A stretch of DNA of 64,000 nucleotides. It comes from Myxococcota bacterium (lineage in GTDB: Bacteria; Myxococcota_A; UBA9160; SZUA-336). Position 1 is the stretch's first letter. Every line of letters starts with the position of its first letter. The notes below the pieces were generated by a model. The model had not been told where the DNA came from and did not search any database. It worked only from the letters and a program-made list of their open reading frames with translations. Location of the stretch: contig CBDFGR010000002.1 in assembly GCA_965247115.1 (NCBI GenBank), positions 544,001 to 608,000 on the forward strand, read 5' to 3'. Below are positions 9,822-18,089 of this stretch, piece after piece. The position numbers were made by a program, and so were the translations under genes.

Positions 9822-10601
9822 CTAGTAGGCCGACAGACCGCCATCCGCGGCGAGGATTGCCGCATTGACCATACGAGACTCGTCACTCGCCAGGAACAGC
9901 GCGATCTGCGCGATGTCGATCGCCTGCCCTACCCCGAACGGGTAGCGCGCTGCGGTACGGGCGGCACGCGAATCCTCCGCTCCATCCTCCGTGCCGGGCA
10001 AGTTCCCGAAACGCGCCCTCACCCGGTCGGTCAGGACGACACCCGGGCAGATCGCGTTCACGCGCACCTGCTGGCTCGAGTACTGGCTTGCGAGCGAGCG
10101 CGTGAGCGAGATCACCCCGCCCTTGGCCGCGGAGTAGATGTGCATCGGCACGCCCGACAGCGCCGCGGTCGACGACATGTTGATGACCGAGCCCCCGCCG
10201 GCCTTGATCAGCTCCGGGATTCCGAAGCGGCAGCACAGCATCGGCCCCTTGAGGTCGAGCGCCATCGTGTGGTCCCACACCCAGAGGGGAACGTCGGTGA
10301 TAGGGGCGTCCTCCGGTAAGGAGCCGCCCGCGCAGTTGTAGAGGACGTCGAGCTTGCCGAAGCGGCTCACCGTCTCCCGCACCGCGCGCTCGACGCTGGC
10401 GTCATCGGTCACGTCGGTTTCGAGGAAGAGCGCCTCCCCGCCCGCCTCCCGGACCGCCTTCTCCGCCCCGCTTCCGAGCTCCGGCTTGAGCTCTGCGATG
10501 GCGACCTTTGCGCCCTCCTGCGCGAAGAGCTCTGCAGCTGCGCGTCCAATCCCCGTGCCGGCGCCCGAGATCAGCGCAACCTTACCCTGTAGTCGTGCCA
10601 T
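9822..10601 (-). CDS. SDR family oxidoreductase (candidate cis-dihydrodiol dehydrogenase by context)
   Basis: SGAGTGIG, NCAG, YSAAK, VRVNAICPG; lies downstream of the Rieske dioxygenase genes. Confidence 0.88.
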   Translation of the reverse strand: MARLQGKVALISGAGTGIGRAAAELFAQEGAKVAIAELKPELGSGAEKAVREAGGEALFLETDVTDDASVERAVRETVSRFGKLDVLYNCAGGSLPEDAPITDVPLWVWDHTMALDLKGPMLCCRFGIPELIKAGGGSVINMSSTAALSGVPMHIYSAAKGGVISLTRSLASQYSSQQVRVNAICPGVVLTDRVRARFGNLPGTEDGAEDSRAARTAARYPFGVGQAIDIAQIALFLASDESRMVNAAILAADGGLSAY

Positions 10602-10630
10602 GCCCTGTCCTTCCGAGTGTGCGCGCCTAG

Positions 10631-11905
10631 CAGGCTGCTGAAAAACTCCTCATCGAAGGGTACCTTGGGAGCGAGCCCCAAAGGGGGAGGCGTGAGAGGA
10701 CAGGGGACGCTTCAGGGCGGGATGTTCAGCTACGTGTCGCTGGAGTCGCGGATTCCGGATGATCATCCGCTTCGAGCGATGCGGCGCATGGTCGACACGG
10801 CGCTGCAGCGGCTATCGCCGCGCTTCGACGCGATCTACGCCAGAGGCGTAGGGCGCCCGTCCGTGCCCCCGGAGCAGCTGCTGCGCGCCCTGCTGCTGCA
10901 GGTGCTCTACACCATCCGGAGCGAGCGGCAGCTGGTGGAGCAGCTGGAGTACAACCTGCTGTATCGCTGGTTCGTGGGTCTGGAGCTTGACGAGGTGGTG
11001 TTCAGCGCCACGGTGTTCACGAAGAACCGAGACCGGCTGCTCAAGGGCGAGATTGCCGAGCACTTCTTCGACGCAGTGCTGGAGCAGGCCGAGACCGAGG
11101 GATGGGTGTCGTTGGAGCACTTCACGGTAGACGGGACGCTGATCGAGGCGTGGGCGAGCCAGAAGAGCTTCGTACGGAAGGACGAGGAACGGAGAGACGA
11201 CGATGACCCGGGCAACCCGACGGTGAACTTCCGAGGCGAGAAGCGGAGCAACCAGACGCATGCGTCGACGACGGATCCCGACGCACGACTCGCCGGTATG
11301 AGAGGCCAAGGCGCCCGACTCGCGTACCAGGGACACGTGGTGACGGAGAACCGGAACGGCTTGGTGGTCGCGGCGAAGCTCACGCAGGCGTCGGGATATG
11401 CGGAGCGCGAAGCGGCGCTCGAGATGGTGGAAGGTCTGGGAGGCGGGCGTCGGAGGACATTGGGCGGAGACAAGGGCTTCGACACGAAGGGGTTCGTGGA
11501 AGAGCTTCGAGAGTTGGGCGTGACCCCACACGTGGCGCAGAACACGACGAATCGACGCAGCGCGATCGACGGGCGGACGACGCGCCACCGGGGCTACGAA
11601 CTGAGTCAGCGTTTTCGCAAACGGGTGGAAGAGGTCTTCGGCTGGATGAAGACCGTGGGGCTGATGCGCAAGACCCGACACCGCGGCACGGATCGGGTCG
11701 GCTGGGTCTTCACCTTCACGGCCGCAGCCTACAACCTGATCCGGATCCGCAAGCTGCTGGAGGCCACGTAGGTCATGTGCGAAACCGCCCCGCGATCAGC
11801 GGAGCCCAAGACCGGTTCGAACCGGGAATCGCGCCCCGCCCCTCGGCCGGTGAACCCCCTCGTCGGAAGGACCACCCCTCAACCAGTCACTTTCTCCGCA
11901 GCCTG
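10631..11905 (+). mobile_element. Complete IS5-family insertion sequence (1275 bp)
   Basis: Left IR CAGGCTGCTGAAAAA (10631); right IR TTTCTCCGCAGCCTG (ends 11905); CTAG duplicated at 10627-10630 and 11906-11909. Confidence 0.92.
10692..11771 (+). CDS. IS5-family DDE transposase
   Basis: MFSYVSLESRIPDDHPLR, GRPSVPPE, VDGTLIEA, GDKGFD, RKRVEEVFGW; GTG start after GGAGG. Confidence 0.92.
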   Translation: MRGQGTLQGGMFSYVSLESRIPDDHPLRAMRRMVDTALQRLSPRFDAIYARGVGRPSVPPEQLLRALLLQVLYTIRSERQLVEQLEYNLLYRWFVGLELDEVVFSATVFTKNRDRLLKGEIAEHFFDAVLEQAETEGWVSLEHFTVDGTLIEAWASQKSFVRKDEERRDDDDPGNPTVNFRGEKRSNQTHASTTDPDARLAGMRGQGARLAYQGHVVTENRNGLVVAAKLTQASGYAEREAALEMVEGLGGGRRRTLGGDKGFDTKGFVEELRELGVTPHVAQNTTNRRSAIDGRTTRHRGYELSQRFRKRVEEVFGWMKTVGLMRKTRHRGTDRVGWVFTFTAAAYNLIRIRKLLEAT

Positions 11906-12379
11906 CTAGACGAGGAACGTGAGGTTGTCGATGACCTCGTCATTCGCCACCAGCTCGACCTTCTTATAAGCGATGCGGAAGTCTCCCCCCTCGGGGCGCA
12001 GCCGATAGAACGAGCGGCCCGCAACGGTACACTGCTTGCCCAGACGGATCTCCGTCAGGTTGAAGTTCGCCGAGGCCAGCGTCTCGCCATCGTCGCCCTC
12101 CTCGACCTCGACGTTCGAGACGATGCGCCGCATGCGAGACTTCGGGATCTGCGTCCAGGCTGCACCGCTCGTGAGCCGCGAGATCTGCATCTCGAGCTGA
12201 GGCCGGTGCGCGTAGACGATCGACACGTACTGATTCGTATCGAGGTCGTCGCGGTTCGACGGGATCCAGTAGACCGCGTCATCCGTGAAGAGGTCGAGCC
12301 ACTCCTTGTAGCGGCTCTCGTCCATGAGCCGCGCCTCGCGGTAGAGGAAGGCCTCCACCGCCGGGCGGTCGGCGCTCAC
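11906..12379 (-). CDS. Aromatic ring-hydroxylating dioxygenase beta subunit
   Basis: FLYREARLMD, WLDLF, YWIP, RRIVSNV, IAYKKVEL; GTGA overlap with the alpha subunit. Confidence 0.9.
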   Translation of the reverse strand: MSADRPAVEAFLYREARLMDESRYKEWLDLFTDDAVYWIPSNRDDLDTNQYVSIVYAHRPQLEMQISRLTSGAAWTQIPKSRMRRIVSNVEVEEGDDGETLASANFNLTEIRLGKQCTVAGRSFYRLRPEGGDFRIAYKKVELVANDEVIDNLTFLV

Positions 12380-13659
12380 GCTTCCGCCTCTCCCGTCATC
12401 AGGCGCTTCCAGTGCCGCCACATGGCGCGCTGCGGAACCTCGTCGGTCACCTGGCCGTAGCGGGTCCCGTCCGTGTCCACCTTCTCGCGGTGGAGCCCGC
12501 GCTCGAAGCGCAGCCACGGGTTGACGGTGCTCTCGAGGCCGCCGCGCACGCGCATGAACATCTCGATGTCGTCGGGGACGCCGCCTCCCGCCGGGCCGTA
12601 GAAGCCCTCGTGGTTGCGGAGGCGCGCGACGTTGAGCTCGTCGGGGGCGCCGGCCAGCAGCATCGGGCTGAGCCGGACCTCCGTGCGGTCCACGTGGATC
12701 GGTCGGATCGTGCGGATCTGGTTCTGCAGGACCACCAGGTTCGGGAACACGTGCATGTGTGTCCCGCCGATCAGCAGGAGCTCCTCGGCTCGGCGCTCGC
12801 CGTGGCTCGCGACCATGTCTTCCCAGTAGCGCTTGCCCCAGGGAGTCGCCTTCAGGCGTTCGAGGCGCCGGCGGAGCCCGTCGTCCTCGAGGTTGTGAGC
12901 TCGGTAGTCGAGCATGCTGTGGCCGCCGCCCAGGTCGCGCGAGCGCCCCAGGGAGCCGCCCTCGAACACCTGAGCGATCCTCGCACCCGTGCGTTGCTGG
13001 AGCCCCTGGAAGAAGGCCTGATGCGCGAAGTTCGGATGGTAGCCGTCGATGGAGTTCTCCATCTGCAGCTTCCAGTTCGCGTCATAGCCGTACTTGTTCG
13101 TGCCGGACTGCCCGACGATCTCGCCCTTTGGCGACAGGTCACAGAAGAGATCGAGCTGCTCCCGGACCGGAGCGCCGAGATGCTCGGCGAGCGAGATCCC
13201 CTCTGCCGAAACGCTCGCAAAGACGAAGCCGCGATAGCGCTCGACGCGCGGGGGCGAGGCGAGGTTCCAGTCGCTCTTGTCGAGATCCGGTCCGTAGCCG
13301 TCCGCATAGGGGATGGCCTTGAGCTGTCCATCGCAGGCGTAGGTCCAGCCGTGGTAGGCACAACGCAGCACGCGCCCACTCCCCTGCTCGCTCTGGCAGA
13401 GCGTCGCGGCGCGATGCGCGCAGCGATTCATCAGCACGCGGACCCGACGGTCGTCGCCGCGGATCAGAAGTACCGACTGGCGGCCGATCCAGGCCTGCTT
13501 CCAGTCGCCGGGATCGAGCACCTCGGACTCGTGTCCGATGTAGACCCAGCCGCGGTAGAAGATGCGCTCGAGCTCGTCCTGAAAGATCTCGGAATCGAGA
13601 TAGCAGTCAGCGTGAACCCGGTGCGGCCGCACCAGCCGGTCGTAATCGATGGCGGTCAT
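12376..13659 (-). CDS. Rieske aromatic ring-hydroxylating dioxygenase alpha subunit
   Basis: NRCAHR...CAYHGW Rieske ligands; NWKLQMENSIDGYHPNFAH mononuclear Fe site; distal DDIE. Confidence 0.92.
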   Translation of the reverse strand: MTAIDYDRLVRPHRVHADCYLDSEIFQDELERIFYRGWVYIGHESEVLDPGDWKQAWIGRQSVLLIRGDDRRVRVLMNRCAHRAATLCQSEQGSGRVLRCAYHGWTYACDGQLKAIPYADGYGPDLDKSDWNLASPPRVERYRGFVFASVSAEGISLAEHLGAPVREQLDLFCDLSPKGEIVGQSGTNKYGYDANWKLQMENSIDGYHPNFAHQAFFQGLQQRTGARIAQVFEGGSLGRSRDLGGGHSMLDYRAHNLEDDGLRRRLERLKATPWGKRYWEDMVASHGERRAEELLLIGGTHMHVFPNLVVLQNQIRTIRPIHVDRTEVRLSPMLLAGAPDELNVARLRNHEGFYGPAGGGVPDDIEMFMRVRGGLESTVNPWLRFERGLHREKVDTDGTRYGQVTDEVPQRAMWRHWKRLMTGEAEA

Positions 13660-13732
13660 ACGCTGACGCACGGTCGATACCGAGACCTTACACCCCGCCG
13701 AAAGTACCGGTCAATCTCGCTAGACTGAGGCG

Positions 13733-16048
13733 ATGTCGGCACGTCTCCTCGCACTGATCTGCCTTCTGGCTGCGGGACCCGCGTACACGGCCGAGCAGAT
13801 CGACGACTGGCCTCGGGAGCACACGTACCTCGATGGCTCAAAGCTGGTCCTCTACCAGCCTCAGATCGAGAGCTGGGAGGACTACGAGCATCTCGAGGGC
13901 CGCCTGGCGCTGGCATTCGAGCCGGCTGGAGCGGAGAAACCTGCGCTCGGAGCGTTCGAGTTCGAGGTCGATTCCGAGACAGACCTGGAGAGCCGCCAGG
14001 TACGGCTCACGAATCTCCGGCTCCTGAACGGCCGCTTCCCCTCTCTGGACCCCTTGCAGTCGGAGGACCTGCGCACCAAGGTCGAGGCCGAATTCCCAGA
14101 GGAGACGGTGACGGAGCTCGACAGGATCCTGGCAGGGCTGGAGCGCGGCAAGGTCTATTCGGAGGAGGTCGACGTCAGGGAAGACCCGCCCAGGATCTTC
14201 AGCAGCGAGGAACCGGCAATCCTGGTGATCCTGGACGGAGAGCCGATCCTGAGCCCGATCGAAGGCAACGACCTGCAGTTCGCGGTCAACACGAACTGGG
14301 ATCTCTTCTTCTACCCCGACACCAAGACCTACTACCTGCGCAACGAGGAGAGCTGGCTCAAGGGGACGACCCTCGGTGGCACCTGGTCCCCGGCAGGAAA
14401 GCTCCCCAAGAGCTTCAAGAAGCTCTCGAAGAAGGATGAGAACTGGAAGGAGGTGCGCGAGCACGTCCCGGGCAAGAAGCTCGCGCCCGAAGATGTTCCC
14501 AGGGTCTTCGTGAGCGAGGTGCCGGCAGAGCTGATCCTGCTCGACGGGGAGCCCGAGATCGCGTTCATCACACCGAAGCTGCTCTGGGTCAAGAACACAG
14601 AGAGCGATCTCTTCCGGTCCAACAGCGACGGCAAGCTCTACTACCTGGTCTCGGGGCGCTGGTTCCGGGCCGAGAGCCTGGACGGCGAGTGGGCCTTCTG
14701 CAGCGCCGACCTCCCGGAGGACTTTGCCGAGATCCCTCCGGACCACGAGCGCGGCGATGTGCTGGCCGCTGTGCCGGGAACACCACAGGCCTACGAGGCC
14801 GTCGTTCTGGCGCACATCCCGAAGAAGGCGGAGGTCGAGCGCAGCGAGGTGAAGGCGACGGCAACCTACCAGGGCGAGCCCAAGTTCGAGAAGATCGAGG
14901 GCACGTCGATGTACTACGCGACGAACAGCCCGAACGACGTCATCAGGGTCGGCGATCTCTACTACATGTGCTTTCAGGCGGTCTGGTTCGTCTCCACCAG
15001 TCCACAAGGACCCTGGGAGGTGGCCGACAACGTCGCCCCCGAGATCTACACCATCCCCCCGAGCTCGCCGGTCTACCACACGACCTACGTCTACGTGTAC
15101 AGCTCCACCTCCACGCACGTGACCTACGGCTACACGTCGGGGTACGGGGGCGTCTACTACTCGTACGGCACCGTCGTCTACGGAACGGGCTGGTACTACC
15201 CGCCCTACGTCTACTACGGCGACTACTATCCGGTGTACTACAGCTACCCCTACAGCTACGGCGCCGGCACCTACTACAATCCCGACACCGGCACGTACGG
15301 GCGCGGCGCTGTAGCGTACGGACCCTACGGGGGAGCCGGCTGGGGCGCGGCATACAACCCGACGACCGGAACGTATGCACGAGGCGCCGCGGCCTACGGC
15401 CCGTACGGGTCGCGAAGCTTTGCAGAGGCGTACAACCCGCGCACCGGAACGTACGCGCAAACGCGCCAGGGCTCGAACGCCTACGCGAGCTGGGGGGCGA
15501 CCGGGGTCTCGCGCGGAAATGACTGGGTTCGCGGCGCGCACTACTCGGACTCTCGGGGCACGGTGGGCGGAATCCGAACCTCGGAAGGGACCGGCGCGAT
15601 CCGTGTCAGCGGCGAGGAGGGAAGCGGCTTCGTCGCGAAGGGCAAAGACAACGTGTACGCGGGAAAGGACGGCAACGTTTACCGCCGCACCGAGGACGGC
15701 TGGGAAAAACGGGAAGACGGCGAGTGGCAGTCGTCGGAGAGGCAGCGGGGCGAGGGCGACCGCACCCGCGAGCGGGAGCAAACCTCGGACCGGCAGGTTG
15801 ACCGACAACGCGACGCGCAGCCGGGGGACCGCCAGGCCTTCGACCGGCGCGATTCGAACCGTGACCTCAGCAGCATCACCCAGCCGCGCGACAGAAGCCG
15901 GGATACCTACCGACAGCTGGACCGGGATCGGCGCGGCCGCATGGAGGGCGGCCGCCGCTCCGCGAACTACGGCTCACGGCGCACTGGAGGGATGAGATCC
16001 GGCCGCGGTGGCATGGGACGCTCGAGAGGCGGGGGACGCCGGCGCTGA
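13733..16048 (+). CDS. Large secreted protein with Tyr/Gly-rich repeats and an Arg/Gly-rich tail
   Basis: Signal peptide MSARLLALICLLAAGPAYTA; YQPQ and VNTNWDLF motifs; three YNPxTGTY repeats; strong coding bias. Confidence 0.8.
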   Translation: MSARLLALICLLAAGPAYTAEQIDDWPREHTYLDGSKLVLYQPQIESWEDYEHLEGRLALAFEPAGAEKPALGAFEFEVDSETDLESRQVRLTNLRLLNGRFPSLDPLQSEDLRTKVEAEFPEETVTELDRILAGLERGKVYSEEVDVREDPPRIFSSEEPAILVILDGEPILSPIEGNDLQFAVNTNWDLFFYPDTKTYYLRNEESWLKGTTLGGTWSPAGKLPKSFKKLSKKDENWKEVREHVPGKKLAPEDVPRVFVSEVPAELILLDGEPEIAFITPKLLWVKNTESDLFRSNSDGKLYYLVSGRWFRAESLDGEWAFCSADLPEDFAEIPPDHERGDVLAAVPGTPQAYEAVVLAHIPKKAEVERSEVKATATYQGEPKFEKIEGTSMYYATNSPNDVIRVGDLYYMCFQAVWFVSTSPQGPWEVADNVAPEIYTIPPSSPVYHTTYVYVYSSTSTHVTYGYTSGYGGVYYSYGTVVYGTGWYYPPYVYYGDYYPVYYSYPYSYGAGTYYNPDTGTYGRGAVAYGPYGGAGWGAAYNPTTGTYARGAAAYGPYGSRSFAEAYNPRTGTYAQTRQGSNAYASWGATGVSRGNDWVRGAHYSDSRGTVGGIRTSEGTGAIRVSGEEGSGFVAKGKDNVYAGKDGNVYRRTEDGWEKREDGEWQSSERQRGEGDRTREREQTSDRQVDRQRDAQPGDRQAFDRRDSNRDLSSITQPRDRSRDTYRQLDRDRRGRMEGGRRSANYGSRRTGGMRSGRGGMGRSRGGGRRR

Positions 16049-16106
16049 GGACCCCCTGGGCCTGGCGGCGGGGCGGCCCGTAGCGCTCGAGCGAGCCTGA
16101 TTCGGG

Positions 16107-16523
16107 CTAGTCCTGCTTGAACTTCTCGTCTGCGGCGAGGCGTTTGCCGAGCGCCTGGATGCGAGCACGGATCGCCGGCGAGAGGCTCATGCCGGCCGCC
16201 TCTGGCCCGGAGGCGTTGAGGACGTCGACGTGCTCCGAAGCTGCCGCCCCCCGCTCCTTCATGATCGCCATGACGATGCCGAGGATCTCCTTCTGCGCGT
16301 ACGGGGGCATGCTCGCAAGCTGCTGGTTCGCGATTCTGCCCTGCTCGCTCTGGCCAGCGGCGGCCTGGCGGGCGACGTCGTTCATGAGCAGCATTTGAAG
16401 CTGCATGAGAGCCGCCTGATCGTGGCGATCCTCCGCGTTCGCGACACCGGGAGCGAGCGGGGCGAGCGTCAAGCTCGCGGTGACACCGATCGCCAGAGCC
16501 GTTCGAGTCACCCATCTGCTCAT
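16107..16523 (-). CDS. Hypothetical secreted protein
   Basis: RBS GAAGGAG; signal peptide MSRWVTRTALAIG...VANA; helical body. Confidence 0.65.
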   Translation of the reverse strand: MSRWVTRTALAIGVTASLTLAPLAPGVANAEDRHDQAALMQLQMLLMNDVARQAAAGQSEQGRIANQQLASMPPYAQKEILGIVMAIMKERGAAASEHVDVLNASGPEAAGMSLSPAIRARIQALGKRLAADEKFKQD

Positions 16524-16611
16524 CGTGACTCTCCTTCGTCCAGAGCGGTCTACGTCGAGACAGCTGGCTACAGCGATCCCCTCTAACCGTCGGTTCCGAC
16601 AGGGCAATCCT

Positions 16612-17238
16612 TTAGCCGTGCGACAGGAGGTCGGTCGACGCGAGCCGCACCAGCTCGTAGAGGCCAGGCGTCAATGCTCGGACGGTGGTAATGCTGCACT
16701 CCCGCATCACATCACCGCTGTACGGGCGCCGAGCGAAGCCCGCGTTCGCGCCTTCTAGCTCCTCCAGAGAGAAGATGTTCCGCAGGAAGTCGGCCAGCAC
16801 GCCGCCATGCGTCACCGCTACGACGAGACCGTCGCTTTCCTGCTCGCAGATCAACCGCACGAATCGCTCGAGTCGGCGACCCGCCTCGATGGAGGAGTCC
16901 CCCACCGCGGGAACGAAGGCTCGCTCGCGGTTGCACCGGCTCCACATCGCAACGAAGTCAGCCTTGGTCTGGTCGGGTAGATCGCCCCAGCTCGCACGCT
17001 CGCGCAGAAGGGAACATTGAGAGCTCGGGAGGCCGTGGGGGTTTGCGATGATCTCGGCGGTCTTCAAGGCACAGAGCAAGGGACTCGTGTAGACCTTCGT
17101 GATCGTCCTGTTCGCCAGTGCAACCGCTGCCTTCTGCGCCTGCGCGCGGCCCTCCACGGTGAGCGGAGAATCTCCGGGACCCCTCTCCTCCCTTCTGCCG
17201 TGCCGAACGAAGTGGAACGTCGTCATGTCGGCAAACAC
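16612..17238 (-). CDS. Histidine phosphatase family protein
   Basis: FVRHG, YTSPL, LRER, VTHGG. Confidence 0.8.
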   Translation of the reverse strand: MFADMTTFHFVRHGRREERGPGDSPLTVEGRAQAQKAAVALANRTITKVYTSPLLCALKTAEIIANPHGLPSSQCSLLRERASWGDLPDQTKADFVAMWSRCNRERAFVPAVGDSSIEAGRRLERFVRLICEQESDGLVVAVTHGGVLADFLRNIFSLEELEGANAGFARRPYSGDVMRECSITTVRALTPGLYELVRLASTDLLSHG

Positions 17239-17309
17239 GCAGGTGAGTTGTACGGCGGCTCCTGCGCTGTCGTATGCTGGGTCCTCATCGCTCGAGGATA
17301 GCCCGACAC

Positions 17310-18089
17310 ATGGAACTCGAAAGGAAAGTCAGCGTCATCACCGGCGCGGCGAGCGGCATCGGCGCGGCCACGGCTCGGGCATTTGCCAAGCAGGGGGCCA
17401 GGGTCGTCGTGGCGGATCGGAACGCCGAGGGAGCCACAGCGGTCGCCAGCGAGATCGGCGGGCTCGCGGTGGCCTGCGACGTCGGGCAAGAGGCCGACAT
17501 CGACCGCCTGGTCGCCCGGACCCAGGACGAGTACGGCCCGGTCGACGTCTTCTTCAGCAACGCAGGGATCGGGACGGGAGGCAATCCACTCGATACCGAG
17601 CTCCCCGTCTGGCAGCACCAGTGGGAAGTCAACCTGATGGCCCACGTGTACGCGGTGCGCGCCGTGCTTCCCTCCATGCTCGAGCGCGGCTCGGGCTACC
17701 TGCTCCACACGGCCTCGATGGCCGGCGTCCTCACCTCGCACGGCAACCTGACGTACGCCGTGACCAAGCACGCGGTCGTGGGGCTCGCCGAGTGGCTGTC
17801 GATCACCTACCACGACAAGGGCATCCGCACCTCTCTTCTAGCACCGCTCGGTGTACGGACGCCGATGCTGGGTGATTCGAGCTCTGAATGGACGCGCAGC
17901 GCGGCAGGTCCGATCAAGGAGCCGGAGGAGGTCGGGGACATGGTGGTCGAAGCCATCCTCGAGGAGCGCTTCCTGATCCTGACCGACCCCATCGCCCAGA
18001 AGTGGATGGAGTACAAGACCCTCGACCCCGAGCGCTGGCTGCGGGGAATGCGCCGCTTGCAGGCGAGGATCGACGCCGAGCGGGGTTAG
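17310..18089 (+). CDS. SDR family oxidoreductase
   Basis: TGAASGIG, SNAG, YAVTK. Confidence 0.9.
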   Translation: MELERKVSVITGAASGIGAATARAFAKQGARVVVADRNAEGATAVASEIGGLAVACDVGQEADIDRLVARTQDEYGPVDVFFSNAGIGTGGNPLDTELPVWQHQWEVNLMAHVYAVRAVLPSMLERGSGYLLHTASMAGVLTSHGNLTYAVTKHAVVGLAEWLSITYHDKGIRTSLLAPLGVRTPMLGDSSSEWTRSAAGPIKEPEEVGDMVVEAILEERFLILTDPIAQKWMEYKTLDPERWLRGMRRLQARIDAERG

